Of a stretch of 64,000 bases of DNA, positions 58,208 through 64,000 are shown one piece after another. A model generated the notes under the pieces. The model was not told where the DNA came from. It saw only the letters and a list, made by a program, of their open reading frames with translations, and did no database searches. The stretch comes from Antedon mediterranea (taxonomy: Eukaryota > Animalia > Echinodermata), in NCBI RefSeq assembly GCF_964355755.1, contig NC_092677.1, positions 3,308,101 to 3,372,100 of the forward strand. Direction: 5' to 3'. The position numbers were made by a program, and so were the translations under genes. Positions within the stretch are counted from its first letter, which is position 1, and every line of letters starts with the position of its first letter.

Positions 58208-60343
58208 GTTTGTTCTTCGTTTGCTCCCCGTAAATATCACAATCTTCAATCCGTCGTTCTTGTTTATGTTAAATAGATGCTAATATAATATATAATTCCT
58301 GTTTTCTTTTTACTGCACCATAGTTGAAAGCTTAGCATTCATAGAATTTGTACAAAAGCAGAGAGCACTTCCTTATTTCGTTGGTTACGCTCTCAGCAGA
58401 CAGGTAAAGATGAGGGCTCTTCCGGTCGTATTTGACGAGTGTATGAGTAAACAGTTTGAGAGCTAAACACTTCACTTATCAGTTTTTTAAATCTCGTCAA
58501 TTTTTGCGTGACGAACCCAAATCTTTGTCAAATCTATAAAAATGTCAACAATAAAAAATTAATCTGACGATCTGACAAGATAAAATTAACAATTCACTAA
58601 CCATCCATTGCAAATACATTCAAAATTGAAGCGGTTGAAATTATCACTACCTTCTCGCAAACTTCAAATAAACCGTCGATCAGGTTTTTAACCACGAACG
58701 GTGAGTATAGCTTTAGCTACTCCCCCCGTTGCAAATTGATTACTAACTTAACTATTTTTAACCTAAAAATGACAAAAATAATATACTGTATTTTAAATAA
58801 AATTATAAAACAAAATTATTAAATAAATTTGTGGATATACAAATACCTATATGATGTACGTATGGTGAAAAAATTACAATAGAATAGTAAATATCGGGAG
58901 GAAGAACTAACATTGGAACAGCGCGTCTTTCTTAGGCGTGTGCTGTTGTTCACATCTGTCAATCAAATAGGACCGGATGACATCATCCAGTATTTTGCAT
59001 AATACATCTTTTGTCATAAAAAGCAATACAATTAAGATCCAATAAATGATTCAGACTCAGTGCTATGTATATATTCAAAATTCTAAAAACATCTCTATAT
59101 AACAAAAACCAGCACTTGTTAGATATCAAAAAGCATTGTTTTCCGCAACACCGCGTATCAAGCGTTCCTAATTGAATATTTAAATATGAAGGCGGTACGT
59201 ATACCCGTATATGGAAAATGACGTTTGCATTTTTAAATGATACGTCATCAATGGGTACGATTAGTTCCTCTTCCGGGGGAGATAACTCGCAAAGAAAGGA
59301 CAGGGTAGGGAAGTTATAACAACTATTGTATGTTTAGTTATTTGAAATAACAATTTCCGCCGTTTTTAGCACTTTTTAACACAATAATAAACATTTGTCA
59401 ACCATCAAATCTAATCATTTTTTCGAATCAATTTTGCAATATCTCATATCTTCATATTACAACCATCGTCAATAGTATATTGACGACGAAACACCAAATT
59501 CTGTTTCGTTCTCACATCCCATCACACCGTGATATATATTTTTGTGTTTTGTGAATCGACTATATATCGCGTCACGTGACACGATCGAATTTCTCTTTCC
59601 TTCGACTATTAATTTGGTGTTAGCTCGTTAACGACTTGTTCAATATTGACAAGAATAATTCTCCGAACAGTAGTTAAATTCATGTCGAATTATCTATACA
59701 AACAGGCTAAACCACGATACCATTGTGTCCCTAATATAAATATCTCTTATGCAGTTATTGTTGTTTACGTATAGCAAATAAGAGATTTAGCATTTCTTAT
59801 GACAGAGAGCCTATACCACCAGGGAACTCCCTCTCCTGGTATCACGAACGTCACCCACCTTGGGGATTCCCCAGCACAATTTTACGCAACAACAGTTTAC
59901 AGTTTACAAAAAAGGTGATTTTGGTTTTTAGGACGTCGTAGTTAGTGCTAACGATGAAATCATTATTTTCTTCGTTTTGTTGTCTTTTAATTTTAATAGT
60001 TTTTCCTGCCGTGACCTTTGGGGCTTTGTACTGTTCATTTGTTCTTCCGAAGCGTCGATCTTTTTTGTCAAAAAAGTTTTCTACTTTCACCATTTTTATT
60101 TCAAACTTCCCTTTAGATATTTCTTAGTTTTGCAACTATTGTTGATGCATGAATATTATATATTATTTATATACCACAGATTAAAATAAAATGTTATTTA
60201 TAAAGATGTATACCCCAAAGGCCATGAACAATGAATATTAATCTGACTTTGAATTGGTTATTTTGTAGTTTTAATACTGTTTATCACTTTCGTGGGAAAA
60301 AACGAAAACAATAATGTTTTCACTTATAAAATGACAAAATTAA

Positions 60344-60522
60344 GAAACGGTTAAATTCAACAAAAACTCATTGGCTGGCAGCCAATTTGACTACTTTTAG
60401 GGTTTTTTTTTTTTTTTTCAGGTAAATACATTTTTTTCGATCTAATTTTTGGTCAAAGGGGTAACATTAAAATTACATATTCCAAAAACAAATTTTAAAG
60501 AATTATTTATTCAGGGAGACAA
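60344..60522 (+). repeat. Interspersed repeat, inverted homolog of 36771-36948
   Basis: AAACGGTTAAATTCAAC...TTGGCTGGCAGCCAATT...ATTATTT...GGGA(GA)CAA shared in opposite orientation. Confidence 0.6.
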
Positions 60523-60523
60523 T

Positions 60524-60750
60524 TGTCGTATTCGATTTAGACTTTCACCGTTGAGTACAGTTTTTACGTTGAGTACCGGCTTCTTTAACGGAGCATATTG
60601 AGCGTTGAGATTGTTCTTAACGAAAAAGCTTTCGTTGTCAACGTTTTCTATTCGAATGACTTTCTGTTGAGGACAAATTTACAATTCGAATACAAAAAGT
60701 ACTCAACGAATCTTTACGTTGAAAACGAAAGTTCCCAATCGAATACGACA
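60524..60750. mobile_element. MITE with TGTCGTATTCGATT termini, possible AAT duplication
   Basis: AAT|TGTCGTATTCGATT...AATCGAATACGACA|AAT. Confidence 0.65.
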
Positions 60751-63019
60751 AATATCTTTAAAAAAAATTAGGTCGGTGTTGAAGATGTGTTCAACTATAG
60801 AGGGCGCACTATACATCTGGTTGATTTTCTTCTTCTACTACAAACTTCGTGTCCATGTTATGTATTGATTATGTAATATACTGTATACTCATTAAAAAAG
60901 GCGTATCTACTCTATATTCGATTTTTATGAATACCTAAAGCAGTTACTATATTATTACTCATAATATTCTAATGGTATTAATTTAGTTGCATTATTGTTA
61001 TCAACATAATATGATTATAATTAATACAATCAATATCATATATATTATAATTATAGTAATAAAGAATAAATACGTTCAATAATGCACTTAAATGTGAAAT
61101 AAAAGAAACACTACTAATTAATGCTAGCTTGATAGACGATTGATTAGATTTAACAATTCACACTTCCTCAAAACAAATATACAATAGTATTGTATACCTC
61201 AGAATACGCGAGGTGACGGTGCATAGGGTGCAACGTGTGCGCGCGCGGGTTTACAAAATATATATGCCCGGTATCGCCTGGTAGGGTTTTATGATATAAA
61301 GTACATTTTAGTGGTAAATTTAACTTATATATTTTCCTTTCCAGAAACAAATTCAAATCAGTTAAAATAACGTGACAACGCATTCAGTTTAAGAATAAAC
61401 CTAAAGTTTTTACATCAGAAATGTATAAAACGTACAATTAAATATCACAATGAATAATTCAATATAATTTTAGCATGTACTTGATAACCCTACCGGGCGT
61501 TACCGGGCCCTACCGGGCGTAGATTAGAATCGCGACTCTCTCTCCCGATTGTAGTATTGCTGACTTTGTGAGGTCGATATAATTTTGCAGTGAGCCCTCT
61601 ATAGTGTAAATGTTTATGAACTTATATAGGAGCAGTAGTTATACACATTGTATATAAGCCAATTTACAACTTTTCCACTTTATAAGAGCCACTTTAAAAT
61701 GTTACATAAGTCAAAAATTAATATTAAATTAAAAATTCATTTATTTTTTGTATTTTATTGTTTATGTACTGTAATTATCAATTATTGTACTGTATAATGA
61801 CATCGCGTAAATAATGAAGTGAGCCCTCTATATTTACACAACTTTAAATGAGATTCACTGAAAAACGGATTAATTCATCTACTAGTAGGTCTAAAACATT
61901 ATTGTTTCGTTAAAACGGAATCATAAGAATCATAGAATATGATTAACATCAATTAAATTAAATATAATATTGTTTACGAACACATTAACAAATAGTGGTT
62001 GTAAATTAGGGACTTTTTTTAATTGTTTAAAAGTGACATTTTTATCATCTTTTGGATTTAGACCAATTAAGATCTTAAATTATAATGAATTTTGATGTGA
62101 ACTTTTTGATTTGTGAATTATCTTTATTAGTATTACTGCAATTTCAATTTGAGATAAAATTAAAACTTAAAATTAAAATATTGCTCTTTCAGTGGTGGGT
62201 CCTATACTAATTTTTTTTTTCAATTCAACTGTTAATAATATAATTTCAAATTAAATATTAACAATTATTCTCTCTAGCGTGTCAATGTCAAATGATTAGT
62301 AAATCTCAAGGTCAATTAGTTTTGAACATTTCAATTCAGTCAACGACCTTTCACCTATTAGTACAGTTTTGATAAATCGAAAACGAAACTAGGAGAAATG
62401 CACGGAATTTGAATAATGTAAATTTTACCGTCACGTGCTTTTGACACAATCGAGGTATTCCCTCAACTTTAGACACGCTCATAATTGCACTTTCGTTCGA
62501 ATCGAAAGAAAAAAAAAATGATGATGATGATGATATGAACATGCATCATCTTTTGTATGAATGCATGCACTCAACCACGAAACCATGAATATTTCTCACG
62601 GAATTATTTCGTTATTTTATTACGGGTTTTTATTCTCATTAATTTGAAATAGCTGCAAAATTATTATTTTTTGAGTATCTGACCTAAAAAGAAGGTGTAT
62701 ACTAATAATTATAGACAGGCATGTTTTATTTTGACTTTTATATCATATATGTACTTGTCTCTGCTTGGTTTTAAAACCCAGCCTACCCGGCCTAACATAT
62801 TTTATTTTAAAATATGGAATAGACCTTCTGAAAAAAATACAAATATAAAATAGGGCCTAGATCGATTTAAAATCATTTTGTTTGCTCAGCTATGAATAAT
62901 TGCAACAAAAAATTAATAACATTGTAGTTTATTAAACATTTTCACAGTTCACACGAAGTAAGATCATGTGCTACGATCCGCCGAACCAGTTCTAGCCGGT
63001 GTGTCCTCATTTACAACGT

Positions 63020-63138
63020 GGGGATTTCGTTGGCAACCGATTGCGCAATACCAATAGCGAAATGCATTGGAAAACCCCTTTTGCCGCGTATAAATATCGA
63101 CGTTGTTAAACCAATTAAAACCGGTTTCAGTGACGTCA
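63020..63138 (+). promoter_or_regulatory. Putative inducible promoter/enhancer upstream of C/EBP ORF: C/EBP palindrome, kB-like sites, CCAAT, TATA-like, CRE
   Basis: GGGGATTTCG 63020; ATTGCGCAAT 63040-63049; CCAAT 63051 and 63111; GGAAAACCCC 63069-63078 (GGGGTTTTCC on - strand); TATAAAT 63089; TGACGTCA 63131-63138. Confidence 0.55.
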
Positions 63139-63658
63139 AACCTATTTTTAGAAAAATCTTCTTCAAAGCCCAAGCCTAGTCACTACTGTAAAATATACGC
63201 CGATATTTTAAAGTTCCTAATGTAATTTAATAAGTTACAAAAACATGCAATAGAATACAATTAAAGCACAATATATTGTTTATTTAATATTTATGTATAT
63301 TTTTAATGTTCAATTGATACGTTTTTAATTTTTTTTAAACACAAAATTGTGGGGAATCGTCCGCGGATTGATATTTCACGTTAACATATTGCGAACAGGC
63401 CATAGGTCAAACATTGAATTTGAGGAAGATAGAAAAGCCCTTTTCGACAGGGAATCTCTTCATTCTGAAACGAGCTAAACATACGGAACAACGAAATATA
63501 AAATAACTTATCGTTTCGTTTGTTTTACATATATACGAATTACACCAGACTAAACTGTGGTTTTTATTTGTTGAAATCACTATTGTTTTGAGTTTGTACG
63601 ATCAACGAATTTCTACATTTTGACTTTAGATAAAATATGTTGAAGAATTGCATCGGCC

Positions 63659-64000
63659 ATGGATCATACACTTGGGTTCTACGATGAAAACGATTTCTGT
63701 CAAAAATTGCAATTTAGCACCGAAGAAGAATACTTTGATGGTTTTGGAGGACTAAACGGAGTAGAAGACTCCATTGACTTATCAGCATTTCTTTCTCAAA
63801 GTCAAAACGAACCAATAAATTCAGTGTCAAATACTGGTAATACTGGTGGACAAGAGGGCTTCCCAACATTGGGAAACCTAGATCATTTATTTGGAGCACA
63901 ACCTCAAATTCAGAACAATTATTCATTATTACCAGCTGTGAAACAAGAACCAGCAGAAATCAACTACGGTGAGTGCGAATCAACCGTTACTAGTCCAACA
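63659..64000 (+). CDS. CEBP: C/EBP-family (alpha/beta/delta-like) bZIP transcription factor, N-terminal 114 codons; runs off right edge
   Basis: GCCATGG Kozak start; open to window end: MDHTLGFYDEN...VEDSIDLSAFLSQ...LDHLF...AVKQEP... These match C/EBP hallmarks (N-terminal FYx, transactivation box ExSIDLSAYI, SUMO site psiKxEP). The bZIP domain is outside the window, so the call is motif-based. Confidence 0.72.
   Translation, partial: MDHTLGFYDENDFCQKLQFSTEEEYFDGFGGLNGVEDSIDLSAFLSQSQNEPINSVSNTGNTGGQEGFPTLGNLDHLFGAQPQIQNNYSLLPAVKQEPAEINYGECESTVTSPT

Noticed and set aside
57125-58249. ORF-track start at 58249 and stops inside introns for cadherin ORFs
   Set aside because: The track uses non-ATG starts and ignores splicing; the real start is ATG 58207 and exon ends were set at GT-AG sites.

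Overview
AT-rich, intron-rich animal genomic DNA from a non-chordate invertebrate; a deuterostome (echinoderm/hemichordate-like) origin is inferred, not proven. The window is dominated by two tandem, minus-strand, non-chordate classical (type III, DN-cadherin/G-cadherin-like) cadherin genes. Gene B (58207->19266) is complete. I traced 31 GT-AG exons by hand with consistent phases: 8589 nt, about 2862 aa, comprising signal peptide, 2 EC-like prodomain repeats, furin site, 16 EC, NC domain, EGF-LamG-EGF-LamG-EGF, TM, and p120- and beta-catenin-binding tail. Gene A (15210->beyond position 1) shows its first 14 exons with the same intron positions and phases, but lacks the EC-like prodomain. At the right edge, missing from the ORF track, a + strand ORF (63659->end) encodes a C/EBP-type transcription factor N-terminus. 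It is preceded by a perfect C/EBP site, a CRE, kB-like sites and an overlapping out-of-frame uORF. Introns hold many non-autonomous mobile elements (several MITE families, nested DNA elements, tRNA-SINEs, HINE/Helentron-like copies) and three minisatellites, two of which appear to derive from MITE sequence. All family assignments come from motif recognition; no searches were run.
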